Source of the DNA: Eledone cirrhosa
Taxonomy: Eukaryota
Assembly (NCBI GenBank): GCA_964016885.1
Contig: OZ024740.1
Location: forward strand, 330,646,001 to 330,710,000
Direction: 5' to 3'
DNA: 64,000 nucleotides
The notes beneath the pieces are model-generated. The model was not told where the DNA came from, ran no database searches, and saw nothing but the letters and a program-made list of their open reading frames with translations. A program made the translations under genes and the position numbers. This document shows, piece by piece, positions 14,066 to 30,224 of this stretch (the first letter of the stretch is position 1; each line of letters opens with the position of its first letter).

Positions 14066-14924
14066 CACATATCAAACTATATTTTTTCTATCGTGCAATG
14101 AACGTTAACGACGTCGCATGGATTATTATTGTTGAAAGCATAATGACATATATAATGAAAATTTGACTGGCTTGTCTTATAATCGGTATCGCTAACACTG
14201 TGTTTCATAATGCAATCGTATATGGAGGCATGTGCCATATATATATATTTATGTATTATACTTATACAGGTCGCGTTACAGTTTCGATTCTAAGCTGTGT
14301 TCATATCTCAGCAAAGTTGGCAGCGGTGTATGTGTTCCTTACACATGTTTGCCCGTGATATTACAAGATGTTTTAGACGCTTCATCGGAGAATTGCATTC
14401 TAGCCATGACTGTCAAATATTTGCTTGTTTATTGTTTGTTGGGTTTATTTTCATACCTAAGTCTAGATCCTCCAAGTACTCGTTTCTGGACTGTTTTTCA
14501 ATACGTCGGGATACTCGTCCTTAGAACTTGTTAGATATATCACATCTCATGCTAAAATGTCTCTAATACTCTCTAACTCATTTAAGTAATCATCACCTAC
14601 ATAAATGCAGAATGCTTCAGTATTTCAATCTACCAATAGTACTATATTACAAAATCCCACTAAACTAATGAATTAATAACATATGAGGCAACATGTAACA
14701 TTTCGTAGTTCAAAATACGCTGAGGTCCACTGCAAATTTCATTTTTTGGTTTCAATAATGAAAGTTAAAAAAAAATCTGGCTCTATGAGAAATTAGAGGA
14801 AAGACAATAAAGGCTATAAATGTGCGGAAAAGAAGGAAAAACGTAGGGACACAAAGGCCATGAAAGAAAAAAAGAGGGGAATGGGGAAGGTGTGAGGGTG
14901 ATAAACTATGTGCCTAGGGCGGTG

Positions 14925-15125
14925 CAATGTTTAGGCTGTGCCTCGCGGACAAAACTGCAACACTCGCTGCAACATCCGCCCCACATCACGGGGCACCTTC
15001 CTCAGTCGGGTTGCTGACGTTCCAATCTTGCGGAGGAGCTCGGCATTACGATTTCCGAGGACGCCAGAGGTCTCGACGGGGACCGGTGCGAAGAGGAAGC
15101 GGCCGGGCATCTTGAAAGTTCCTGT
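14925..15125 (-). pseudogene. C-terminal restriction-like endonuclease fragment of a CRE-like non-LTR retrotransposon
   Basis: Translation FLFAPVPVETSGVLG..AELLRKIG..RL..PR...MLQRVLQFCPRGTA fits the F.P..VET.G..G...A..L..LG....L.QR.S...QRGNA consensus recalled for CRE-clade elements. Confidence 0.6.
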
Positions 15126-15391
15126 TGATATAGGGATGGAAACTCGAAAGAATGAGTATGTCTGCCCGCATCTGAATGGTGCACCTAAAACCCTTAGCGA
15201 ATATATGGGGCATTCTACAAAGTAGTTGGGCTGGTCACAGCCAAAATTTATATTGTTGAAGATAGTGTTGAAGATGTAAGACAAATCAGCTTGATGGTGT
15301 AAACTAAGAAGCATTATTAATAACTATACTATGTAAACAAGAAAAGTTATTTATAATTTTAAAAACGGATGCAGCGACGTAAATATCATAT

Positions 15392-15422
<31 letters not shown>

Positions 15423-16236
15423 TTCTCTCTCTTTATCACTCTCTCTCTCTCTCTCACTCCCGCTCTCCCCTCTCTCTCTTACTATGTCCATGTTTGTCTG
15501 TGTATAAGTGCATGAGTGGGTAGGATTGCTCGGATGTGTATTTGCGTATCTATGCTTACTTATTTATAACCAATTAGATCTGTATGAAGCAAGTTGCCAA
15601 ACACATTGTTACTGGCCATTCGACTGGTAAGCATCTCATTACTAAAAATCACAAACAGGCATCACCCCATCACACACATATGCACACAGAAACATAATCA
15701 CATACAATCTCACATACAGACACACACAAACACACTCACACAGATTTACATATACGCTCATGGCCTCACATACACAATAAAATCACACAAAAACTCACAC
15801 CTAAAAATCACACACTCACACCAACAATCAAACCATTGAAACACCGTCTACTTCCCTGGCACCAAATCTGTCTGTGATAAATTATACTTCCCAAATGGAC
15901 ACGATATTGACTCACCCCCTCACTTATGTTTTCATTACGGCGTCATTTACACTATATTATATAGAAAAATGAACCACCCGTCTTAACTTGATTGCACCCA
16001 TTGAAACCTATTATTGACCTTACATTTCTTATACAGCAGAAGTTCAAAGTAAAGTCTTTTCCTCTCTTATTCCTTCTTTAAACCATACTTATAACTAATC
16101 GTGTCTGTCTATGAATGTAACTGCTATTGTAAATTCGATTAGTAAATTCGATATGTATATATATATATATATAACTTTTCAACTAATTTCTTGCTATTAT
16201 GAACCGTCGCCAACTGCAGGCTGCTGGCCAGTTTAA

Positions 16237-16360
16237 TGACTGAAGAGGCTTTGTTTAGGTCACTTATTCTAGACCCTTCCCATGTTGTATGGGTGAGCAG
16301 TGCGTCCCGAAAAAGGGCTACTCAGACGCTCAAGTCTCCGCCGAAGCATATTGCTCTTCA
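16237..16360 (+). ncRNA. Hammerhead-like motif with ~95-nt stem II domain
   Basis: TGA-CTGAAGA-GGC...GCC-GAAG-CATATTGC-TC-TTCA; one A short in the GAAA core. Confidence 0.45.
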
Positions 16361-17351
16361 GGTTACCAGTGCTGTGCTATTAGGATAATGATCGAGCCAC
16401 CCACATGTAGATTTGTGACTATGTGTTTTTAACGGGTTTCCATTCCTCCACCCCAGTGAGACTTCTGAAGAAATATCTGCACATAAATGTAGCAATGTGA
16501 TAGATTTATGCTACACACAAACTCAACCCACTCAATCCACGCACCTACGTGTACAGTGACAAGCCAATTCGAGTTAACAGGACAGTTACGAGGATCGCAT
16601 GTGTTACTGTCATGGATTTTAATATTTCTAGTGGGTGTAGCCATACTCATCACGGTTGGCCAAATTCAGGTTGGTGAGGTTATTTAACCCATATTTGTGG
16701 TGGATGGCCTTTGAATCTGTAGAGGTCATCCGACATTTGACAGCTCTAGTATTTGTGATGCGTTTTCTACTTACCCCACTATTCAGTTCCGTCCCCGACC
16801 AACCGACTATGACAACAGGTTGTACTGAGCTACTTGGCACCAGTAACAGGCAGTCACCTAACCCGACAATATATGTATAGGTATATATATATATATATTT
16901 TTTTTTTCATCTTAACACCATATGAAAAAAACAATTTGATTGGTTAGTTCTTTAACAACCTCCAAACAAGGACATGACACTAACATACTACTAATTCTGA
17001 ATAAAATTATTATTGCTTTTGAAAACAGCTGGTGATATGCATGTAAGTAAATATTCTCTTTATCTGATATTTTGTAACTAACCTTACATAGATCAATAAC
17101 GGAGTATAGCTACAATGAATTATCATCACCTAGAAACGATCGTAAAGTAGTGAAGTATATCTCTAATGACTTGATTTTTTATTTCATTGTTTTAACTTAT
17201 ATCATGACTGTTTTCCTTTTAATATTTAATTGTTTTCCGGGATTTATCTTAACCTACAACATTTTCAACACATGGATTACATCGAGTTCTTCATGTAGAA
17301 TAGACCCCAAAACATACTGTGGATACCTCTGTGTATATATATATACATACA

Positions 17352-18073
17352 TACTTAAGCATATAATCCCTGCTTTCACACTTTACGGGATCTTCTGAAA
17401 CTAAAAAAAATAAATCTGTGACCGCAGAAGTAAATATTGCGAAAAACGTTGAAAACGAAGGAAAACAGGAAGACGATACTTTTGTTCATGAAGTCGTTCC
17501 CTGGCAATGAAAGAAAAGAAAAACGAAGATAATACGTCGTTATATGGTGCTAGAAAACAATTACAAGCAAGACAAAACTACGTTTATGGTATAAATGGAA
17601 CCATTAGACTAATATTATATTTAGGAAACCAAATGATTCTCGGCTTCGAAGTTACGATGGGTGTATGTATATATTTAATTATGATTACTTTTATAATTTT
17701 AATAACCTTTGTCATTTTCGTTTTACTAATTTATTTACATTATTCTTGATTCCGAAGCCGAGTATCATTCGGTTTCCTAAATAGAATATTAGTCTAATGA
17801 CTCCATTTATACCATAAATGTGGTTTTGTCTTTGCGTGTAATTCTTCTCATCGCTCCACCTAACGACGTATTATCTTCATCGTTTTCCCGTTCATTGCCA
17901 GGGTACATCTTCATGAACCGAAGTATTGTCTTCCAGTTTACCTTCGGTTGCAACGTTTATTAGAAATATTTACTGCTGCTGCGATCACAGATTGATTTTT
18001 TTTTAGCTACAGAAGATTCCGTTAAGGGTGAAAACAGAGATTCTTTGCTTAAACATTAATCTGTTATTTAAAT

Positions 18074-18075
<2 letters not shown>
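17352..18075. mobile_element. ORF-less foldback of the pLTR of PLE 56425-59440
   Basis: Arms 17352-17650 and 17752-18060 are inverted repeats homologous to the pLTR at 56440-57020; HHR-like motifs at 17352-17402 (-) and 18005-18054 (+). Confidence 0.85.
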
Positions 18076-18134
<59 letters not shown>

Positions 18135-18138
<4 letters not shown>

Positions 18139-18525
18139 GATAACAAGTTATCGTTACAGGTAATCCAGTTATGAGTACTCTGCGTCGAGGATAGTTTTAA
18201 CGTATGGCTTTGGTTGACTCAACAAGATGCTCCCATAGTTATGCAGCGTGTTCGCGGTAATTTCTGTATAGGTTATATTTGGAGTAATGATAGTTAAAGA
18301 ATGAAGAGTAACTTCGGAGTACGTAGATATGTTGTACGTACTCTGATGTGTTGACCAAAGGTAAATAATGTGTTGGAGATCGAGTGACGCAAACTCAAGC
18401 GATTAGCGAACTTTAGACTCACATGATCAACGAAACAATTGTCAGTACTTTAAATAAAGCTCCTTATTGTACAGCCAACAATGTTACTCTTCATTCTTTA
18501 ACTATATATAACAAATTCATCGCCG
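18135..18525. mobile_element. pLTR-like module (inverted plus direct pieces) homologous to 25010-25340
   Basis: 18135-18310 is the reverse complement of 25170-25340; 18338-18505 is a direct match to 25013-25180. Confidence 0.8.
18338..18448 (+). ncRNA. Hammerhead-like motif with long stem II
   Basis: GTACT-CTGATGT-GTTGA...TCAAC-GAAAC-AATT-GTC-AGTAC; perfect 5-bp stem I and palindromic loop 3. Second copy at 25013-25123. Confidence 0.7.
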
Positions 18526-18528
18526 TTA

Positions 18529-18680
<152 letters not shown>

Positions 18681-18744
18681 GTGGTAGAAGATTGAAAGGT
18701 AATATCCGTAATGGTAGAGCCCTCAGTCCATGGGACGAGTTAGG

Positions 18745-18979
18745 TGGAAATGGTTACACAAGAGTTAGTTCACCATACTGAGAACAATTGTTTCACCTTA
18801 GCGGATCCTCACCTCGTAATACTAAACTTTAGTATTGCCTGTGTGAAGTGATCGTTTCTGCGCATGCGCGTTCGTACTGTTTTCCTTCCTGTTCCGTCTA
18901 ACCATGTCCATTACGGGCTGAGGATCCGCTAAGGAGAAACAATTGTTCTCGGTATTGTGAACTAACTGTTGTGTAACCA

Positions 18980-18980
<1 letters not shown>
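18745..18980. mobile_element. Small foldback module with hammerhead
   Basis: 18750-18820 is an inverted repeat of 18910-18978; the module lies between (TA)n tracts. Confidence 0.75.
18914..18951 (+). ncRNA. Minimal hammerhead ribozyme
   Basis: CGGG-CTGAGGA-TCC-GCTAA-GGA-GAAAC-AATT-GTT-CTCG. Confidence 0.75.
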
Positions 18981-19034
<54 letters not shown>

Positions 19035-19042
<8 letters not shown>

Positions 19043-19797
19043 GTAAGTATTATGTATGTATACGTACATACATATATGTATACAGACGTACAGTAGTATG
19101 TATATATATATATATATACACACATGCACACATATATATATGAACGTATAGGTTTACCGAACATTTATTATAATGCTCGGCGTGTTTGTTTGTAAACAAA
19201 CAGCCCGAATTACGCCGTACATTGTTTAGGCAACCACGTCACCTTTTTGTTCAACACTGACACAGGAACGATGTACTAGTTTCAAGCTTATTAGCTATCG
19301 TCAGCATCGTATACCTTCCTGCCTGATGGTTGAAGGTCTGAAAGTATATACTTTCCTTATGCATATTAACGGCTGAGCAGCCTAATTTGCATATCGAGTG
19401 AGTTCAGTCGGCCGGGCACACCGAAAACGATAAATGGAATAGAATGAAACGATATTTCATTTCTCACTCTTAGTACGGCACTTACTTAAATGTAAGTATG
19501 TATGTATGTATACGTACATACATACATATATGTATACAGACGTACAGTATTTATATACACACATGCACACATATATATATATATGCACGTATCGGTTTAC
19601 CGAACATTTATTATAATGCTCGGTTTGTTTGTTTATGCCGTACAGTGTTTAGGCAACCACGTCACCTTTTTGTTCAACACTGACACAGGAACGATGTACT
19701 AGTTTCAAGCTTATTAGCTATCGTCAGCATCGTATACCTTCCTGCCAGATGGTCTGAAAGTATATACTTTTAAATTTCGTCTCATTCTATTCCATAT
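19035..19797 (-). mobile_element. Retrozyme-like tandem of a ~445-nt monomer (about 1.7 copies) with two hammerheads
   Basis: 19038 repeats at 19488; HHRs at 19269-19309 and 19692-19732; short inverted end at 19772-19797. Homologous to 23308-23590 and 45793-47920. Confidence 0.85.
19269..19309 (-). ncRNA. Minimal hammerhead ribozyme
   Basis: CGATG-CTGACGA-tAGCT-AATA-AGCTt-GAAAC-TA-GTA-CATCG; palindromic stem III ACTAGT. Identical copy at 19692-19732. Confidence 0.85.
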
Positions 19798-20424
19798 ATA
19801 TATATATATATATAACGAATATATATATATATAACGAATATATTGATAAAGAAGACCGAAGACGGTTAATTATATAATATGTTAATTAATGCACGTCTCT
19901 TCCACATCTTAACCAGGCATACAATCAATTATTACTTAATTACTTATATGGAGAAAAGATTGGATTCGTCAGAATAAATAAAAATTATAGAAGAATCTTC
20001 TTAGATTCGTGTTTATTACAAATTTGGCCTAACATCCAATGTTTATATTTGAATAAATACTACGTCAAATTTGAAAAGGGCACTCAAGCGAAAGCAAATT
20101 GCAAGATCAATTCTGAACAGGGCATCCAAACAAAGACATTTTACTACAAATCTGAGTTACATCTAAAATAAGGAATTCATACAACTCAAGCAAGATTGTA
20201 TTTAGGCTTCAAAGTAGTTTACTGTAAGAAATCTAATAGTTTGAGCTGTAATAACATGTTCACCAACACTTATATATTTTCTCATATATATATGAATAAA
20301 AGGGGAAGTATTAATTGACTGGTCGTTTATGATCCTTGTTACCAATCCGGGTAACTTACTCGTATTAGGAGGGATTTTCAAACTAGTTTGTTGTGTTGTC
20401 TTGAGGATGAAAACATATATATAT

Positions 20425-21055
20425 ATATGAATGTATATATAGTGTATTTTGTAATACACTGTATGCTTAATTAAAAGCATTTAGAAGACCTTACGCTATT
20501 GTTTTAGAGTAGTGACAGTCTCACTTACTTTAATTTTGAGCAAACAGGGGAGATAAAGCTGACAAAGCTCTGTTTCGCACTTGTTGGTGCTAATCAAAGC
20601 TAAGTACTCCACCTGTTTACTGAAAATCATGAATTTTTAATTCTTATAGAATTCTAGTAATAATCAGGAACTTATTACAAAATACACTATATATACATTC
20701 ATATTTATATCGCTATTTCAGAGCACCAATTCTAATTTTCAATTTCTGCTTCACCGGCTACCGCTTTGTATAATCAGTTCCTGATTATTACTAGAATTCT
20801 ATAAGAATCAAACATTCATGATTTTCAGTAAACAGGTGGAGTACTTAGCTTTGATTAGCACCAACAAGTGCGAAACAGAGCTTTGTCAGCTTTATCTCCC
20901 CTGTTTGCTGAAAATTAAAGTAAGTGAGACTGTCACTACTCTAAAACAATAGCGTAAGGTCTTCTAAATGCATTTAATTAAGCATACAGTGTATTACAAA
21001 ATACACTATATATACATTCATATTTATATCGCTATTTCAGAGCACCAATTCTAAT
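20425..21055. mobile_element. ORF-less module: inverted arm plus ~319-nt monomer with terminal direct repeat
   Basis: 20432-20672 is the reverse complement of 20775-21020; 20673-20735 repeats at 20992-21054. Confidence 0.85.
20847..20891 (+). ncRNA. Hammerhead-like motif (TTGATTA core)
   Basis: AGCT-TTGATTA-GCAC-CAACAA-GTGC-GAAAC-AGAGCTTT-GTC-AGCT; twin on minus strand at ~20557-20601. Confidence 0.7.
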
Positions 21056-21414
21056 ATATATATATATATATTTATAGAGTTTATAATATTACATCACAAT
21101 ATGTAAACAGGTGTGTTTGCGAAGTATTTTGAATGGATGTGTTTGCAAAGTACATGGGTAATCTAAATTTTAAGTTTAAAAAAAAGTTTAAATGAGGACG
21201 TTAAAATCTTATCCGTGAATCAGATTGTAAACACAGATATAATTAGAAATGTATGTGCGTTTCTTTCTTAGAGAGTAATATACTATTGTATATTCTTAAA
21301 CATATTTTTAATAAATATTTAACGGATATATGCCTGCAATCATAAGTGTATGTTTGTCTGTATGCATGTACGTATCCATGTATGCATGTATGTATATGTG
21401 TGTGCATGTATGTC

Positions 21415-22526
21415 AGGTCACCAGTTGGTGCTGCTGGTAACATGTAACCCAATACAACCTGTCTCATGGTCGGGTCGTTGGCGACTACACAGGCAACCCC
21501 GCCAAGGTTTCTTGGTGAGGAGGGTGACTTTGGACATCCTGCAGGACTAACAACAAAACCTGTCAAAGGGCAAAGAGCTCTTAAGAGTCAATGGCCATCC
21601 AAAATCACTGGGAGAGATGACCCCTTAGCCTTTGTCAAGGCAGAATTCTAGGAGAAGGAAAACTATGATATAACACCTGCAACCTGGATGGTATCCAATG
21701 ATGTTGACTTATTCTTCTTTTTGGTAAATATCATCTTGGTTAAGAGAGTGGGACTGGCTTTGTGCAATGCCTTTGCTCACTATAAAAGCTTCACGGCACA
21801 GGCATTGCTTTATATCTAGAGATCTATCTGCACTTGTCGTCACATGGTACCATGGGCCTAGCACTATGTGTCAATAATTGACACAGATGTAGTGTTTGTA
21901 CCAGAGTTTTCAAGTCGCTGGCTGGACTAAAAAGTCACACTCGTTTAGCGCATCGGTAGGATTTCTCCTACATGGATATAAAGTAGTGGCCGTACTCGAA
22001 AACGAGTTGGCAGCCACCATGTATGTATGCATAGATGCATGCATGTATGTATATCAGTTTGTCCTACATTGCTACTGGTAACATGTAACCTATTAGAACC
22101 TGTGCATGGTTGGGTTGTCGGTCACTAAACCGGCAACCAGTCCAGGTGTGTTTAGTGAGGAAGTTGATTTTCGACACCCTGCAGGATGAAAAAAACAAGA
22201 CCCACCAACAGGCGGGAAAAAATCAAGAGGGCCGACAGCCAACCAATATATTTTTTTTCTTTTTTATATGGAGTGAGAGATTCATGGTCATCATTCAGAT
22301 ATCCAATGATGTTGATTAGTTATTCTTTTGGGTTAAATGAATACGATGTTCACTTTCCTCACTTGAAAAAGCTTCAAGCAGAGGCATCACTTATTATATG
22401 ACAATCTTTTAGATGCATGGATTTGCTGGCAATAGGCATGTCCCTAGCAAGACAGAAAAAGCCAGGTCAGTGATGTACATGCTTAAGTGTCAATCATGGG
22501 CATTACTCGAAATCGAGTTCCAACCA

Positions 22527-22530
<4 letters not shown>
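21415..22530 (+). mobile_element. Two diverged tandem copies of an interspersed repeat (possibly the 5' end of a LINE)
   Basis: gct(g/a)ctggtaacatgtaacc...ggcaacc...gtgagga...cctgcagga at 21430 and 22070; tatccaatgatgttga.t..ttattct at 21692 and 22301. Confidence 0.5.
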
Positions 22531-22557
<27 letters not shown>

Positions 22558-22561
<4 letters not shown>

Positions 22562-22665
22562 TATAACAGATTAAATTTTAAGCAAAGAATCGGTGCTTTC
22601 ACCCTTAACGGGATCTTCTGGTATATATTTATCCTTAGTCTTCCCATTTATTATTATTACTATAT
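22558..22665. mobile_element. Miniature derivative of the 56425-59440 pLTR family with HHR-like motif
   Basis: aacagattaaattttaagcaaagaatcggtgctttcacccttaacgggatcttctg matches 56434-56489. Confidence 0.7.
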
Positions 22666-22679
22666 ATATATGTATATAT

Positions 22680-23290
22680 ATAGTTATACTTGCGGAGGGT
22701 CATGTTGTTGTATTAATATTGCCAAAAATAATAACTGAACACACTCACTGTTTATTTATTTATTTATTAAATAAATAAATATATACACAAGAACAATAAC
22801 AACAAACACATATAAACGCACACTAATAAAGAAAGATGGAATACAAAAACCAAAACACATACACCCAAACGCGAACACACACATCAAACATTATACACAT
22901 ACGCAAGCGCATGCGCAGACACGGAGAAAAAAATAGATAAAATAAAAATGGCGTAGACAGTACAATAAAACACAATAGGAGCAAACATGATAATAGAGAG
23001 CACTGATGATGTTGCAGATGTGCAACGAAAGAACTTTGTTAGACTATATATATATATATTTATATCTGTATATTTGACCGTTGGTCAGTCAATGATAAAC
23101 ATTGAAGACCAAATGAATTAACTATGGTGATATAAAAGATCCAGAAGCGAAAACCAATCAGACAATAAGAGCGTTCTGTTATTATTTCTGGAAATATTAT
23201 TACAACAGTATGACCCTCCCCAAGTATAACAATATTTGTTTCGACACACGATTTCATATCAAATACCTCGCAAACAAATTCATCGCCGTT
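22680..23290. mobile_element. pLTR foldback related to the termini of PLE 39085-43188
   Basis: 22682-22745 is an inverted repeat of 23168-23230; atgaccctcccaagtataacaatat and acacacgatttca are shared with 39115-39168 and 43162-43188. Confidence 0.7.
22999..23040 (+). ncRNA. Minimal hammerhead ribozyme
   Basis: AGCA-CTGATGA-t-GTTGCA-GATG-TGCAAC-GAAAG-AA-CTT-TGTT. Confidence 0.75.
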
Positions 23291-23307
23291 ATATATATAT
23301 ATATATA

Positions 23308-23688
<381 letters not shown>

Positions 23689-23903
23689 GAGAGAGAGAGA
23701 ATGTTTAAGTATCGAGAGAGAGAACAAAGGAAAGATAGGCGATATTTAGTTGCCAATAGTTTGTGCAAATGTGCTCAAAACTTGTGCCTACAGGGTTAAA
23801 TATTAGAAGCGTTAATATTTAGTGGGCGAGAAAAAATAAGCAGAGCGATTATAAAAGAAATGAATTCAAGGTGTATAAACCGTTAAAACATGTTTATATA
23901 ACA

Positions 23904-23947
23904 ATGTACTACGTATGTTTCGCCCAGAATGGGCTTATCAAGGGCAT
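23904..23947 (-). ncRNA. Hammerhead-like motif, U3-A8 variant
   Basis: ATGCCC-TTGATAA-GCCC-ATTCT-GGGC-GAAAC-ATAC-GTA-GTACAT; stem I only partly paired. Confidence 0.6.
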
Positions 23948-25009
23948 GGAAAACAAGAGAATGATCAATACGCGAGCCAGGAGAGGTTTTAAGGTTAAAT
24001 TCACATCAGAGTTCATTCTTCGCTTAATTTAAGTGCATGTGCTGTTATTACTGCAGAGCAGGGGGAGTAACTCCGGCCGGTGTTCGAAAACCTTGTCCCA
24101 CGTGGTTTATTTACCCATTCACATGATGGTCTTTTGCGTTATTATTTTAAGGTTGCTGTTTCACTAATGCCAGTTCAAGCCGGGTCTGTGATGCACATTT
24201 ATTATTTTGTGGGTGTTGCTTTACTAATGCCTGTTCGAGCAGGGTCTGGGTTGTACATTTGGTTCACAGATGTTTGTTTAAACCGCTTGCCCACCGGAGT
24301 GTTATGGTTAGGGCAGGGAGAGCCAGTTTATAGTTTTCATGCCGCAGTCGCTACTCAGGCGAAGTATGACGCTTGCACTCGGTGCTTACAATTTATAACT
24401 GATTCGGCTCTGCTGTTTATGAGCTCGTGGGGTGTTCTTATGATGTAGTAAATCTCCATGAGGCAAAGCTGGCAATTTCCTCTTAAAATTCTAGGGTGTA
24501 GCCCTACCGACAATATCCCAGTGTGTGAAACAGCATCAACCCCATTAAGATAGAACAATCAGCAAAACATTTACAACAAGCGTTTATCAAACTTCCCGTC
24601 ATCCCTATCCCATAAATCTCATACATGTACCACCAATTAATCTCTAATTTATTGTTTTTTTCTTTCATATGTCACTACATCGGTCCCTCTACACGTATCT
24701 ATGTACATCTCGAATCTAGTTTCTCATGTTAGCACTAAGGCCACCAACGAATCCTTATAAGAACACTTACTCAAAAACTACTACTAACATACTATGTACT
24801 TACACGCTCTCACTTATTTACTTCTTTATATTTTCCATCTTCTCATTTTCTTATTTTTTAATGTACACTCTCTTATCTTTTACTTTTTACTTTGTACATA
24901 TGTAACTTCTCTACCTATTTACCTTATATGTTTTATTATTGATGTTATTGTTTTGATTATACGAAATCTTTCTATATAAGTCTTGCCTCGAATGAATTAT
25001 TTTCATATA

Positions 25010-25340
25010 TACGTATTCTGATGTGTAGAGCAGAGGTAAATAATGTATTGGAGATCGAGTAGCGCAACCTCAAGCGATTAGCGAACTCTAGACTCATCTG
25101 ATCAACGAAACAATTGTCAGTACTTTAAATAAAGCCCCTTATTGTACAGCCAACCATGTTACTCTTCATTCTTTAACTATTATTACTCCAAGTGTAACCT
25201 GCATAGAAATTACCGCGAATTCGCTCCATAACTTTGGAAGCATCTTGTTGAGTCAAATAAAGCCGAACGTTAAAACTATCCACGACGCAGAGTACTCACA
25301 ACCTCTAACTGGATTACCTATAACGATAACTTGTTATCCC
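25010..25340 (+). mobile_element. pLTR-like repeat with long-stem-II hammerhead (25013-25123)
   Basis: Homologous to 18135-18505; ends at (TA)n. Confidence 0.75.
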
Positions 25341-25505
25341 ATATATATATATATATATATATATATAAGCAAAGGGTTTTCCATTTATTAATATCATTGA
25401 TATGTATATATATATATATATATATATACGTATTTATTTACCAATATGTCAGCCTGTAATGACTACACATAGATCCCGCTCTTACGTAATGACCACTATT
25501 TGGGG

Positions 25506-25576
<71 letters not shown>

Positions 25577-25739
25577 GAATATAAGCTTTCACTGTATTTT
25601 TGACGTCAATACTCATCTTTTTCCATTTCTCTGAGGGTTCTAAACCACACTATCAGCATACAAATACGGTGAAAGCTTATATTTTTAATTTCAAACTCGC
25701 TCACTGTTTCAAAACATACTTACTTATTTATATATATAT

Positions 25740-29090
<3,351 letters not shown>

Positions 29091-29129
29091 GTGTTGTCTA
29101 TCTATCTATCTAGCTATCTATATATATAG

Positions 29130-30190
29130 TTAGTAAAGCAGAACATTGCTTATTGTAATCCAGTTCATGGTTATGATAGCCAGTTTCTTGGACGGTTTCC
29201 AACATACATTTGCAAGAATCTGGTTAGTAAATCCCGTTCAATCTTGGAGTATAAACAATAAAAGAGAAAACACCGCTAAGCATTAAAAAAAAATGATTTT
29301 ATCCAGGTATTTACGATCGTTTCGTTGGTAAGCGCAATCTTATATCGCTATACTGCAAATAGCAGCCACTCAATAACTGTTTTTCACCTCCAAATTTTCA
29401 AAATAATGAATAAGTTACTTGTAAAAAGTTCTTAATATATATAAACAAATATTTATTTGAATCGTATTTACTAGTATAGAGAAAGAGGAAGGGGGGAAGA
29501 ATTAGGAAGTAGAGGGACAAACGGAGATGGAGGGAAGGATAAAGATGGAAGGATTCCTCGGTCAGTTTTGATTCGTAGACTTGGTGTCGTCAATTTACAG
29601 TGTAGGGAGTTAAAGAGAATTAAATTGTTTATAGTGGGAGGGAGAGGGAGAGGGAGAGGGGGTAGAGACAGAGTGATACATATATATAAAAGAGGGGGAA
29701 GAGAAAAGAGAAGAAAAGAAATGAGAACAAAACAATGGGAGAGAGGAAAAGAAGAAAACGAAAAAAGAAAAAAAGGAATGGAGGAGAGAAGGACATAAGT
29801 ATTGGTTACTGTGGGTAATTAAAGGGGTTAGATTCAATAAGAGGGTGGAAAGTCTAAGTATATGCAGTTTGTCAGGTGGTAGTAGGAGGTTAAGGGTTCG
29901 ATTTGCACTCATAGTGCGAACATTTTTCTTTAAGTCTATGGTTGCAATAAATTGATCTTTCTATTTTATTGTTGAGTAACTTATTATTCGAACTCAAAAT
30001 GTGGAACAGTTCAAGGTCACATAACCAACAACTTCTCACACCACTCCGATATGCAGGCGCGTTCGATAATTTCTTCCACTTGAGGGTGTTTTGATGGTTA
30101 CTTTCCCTCAGTTGCCAGGTCTTGTTCGCAAGGGTAGTTACATAACGATGCTGAGAATGTTTCATTGCGTAACATTTTTAATGCTTACCT
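29130..30190 (-). mobile_element. 3' fragment of a PLE (GIY-YIG C-terminus) with pLTR
   Basis: ORF 29890-30165 TTLANKTWQLRE..LKWKKL...YRSGVRSCWLCDLE...LLNNKIE...CNH parallels the C-termini at 57660-58050 and 45450-45775; GAAAC-GATC-GTA at ~29311-29323 (-). Confidence 0.75.
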
Positions 30191-30224
30191 GTGTTTTCTC
30201 TTTTATTGTATATGTATATATATA

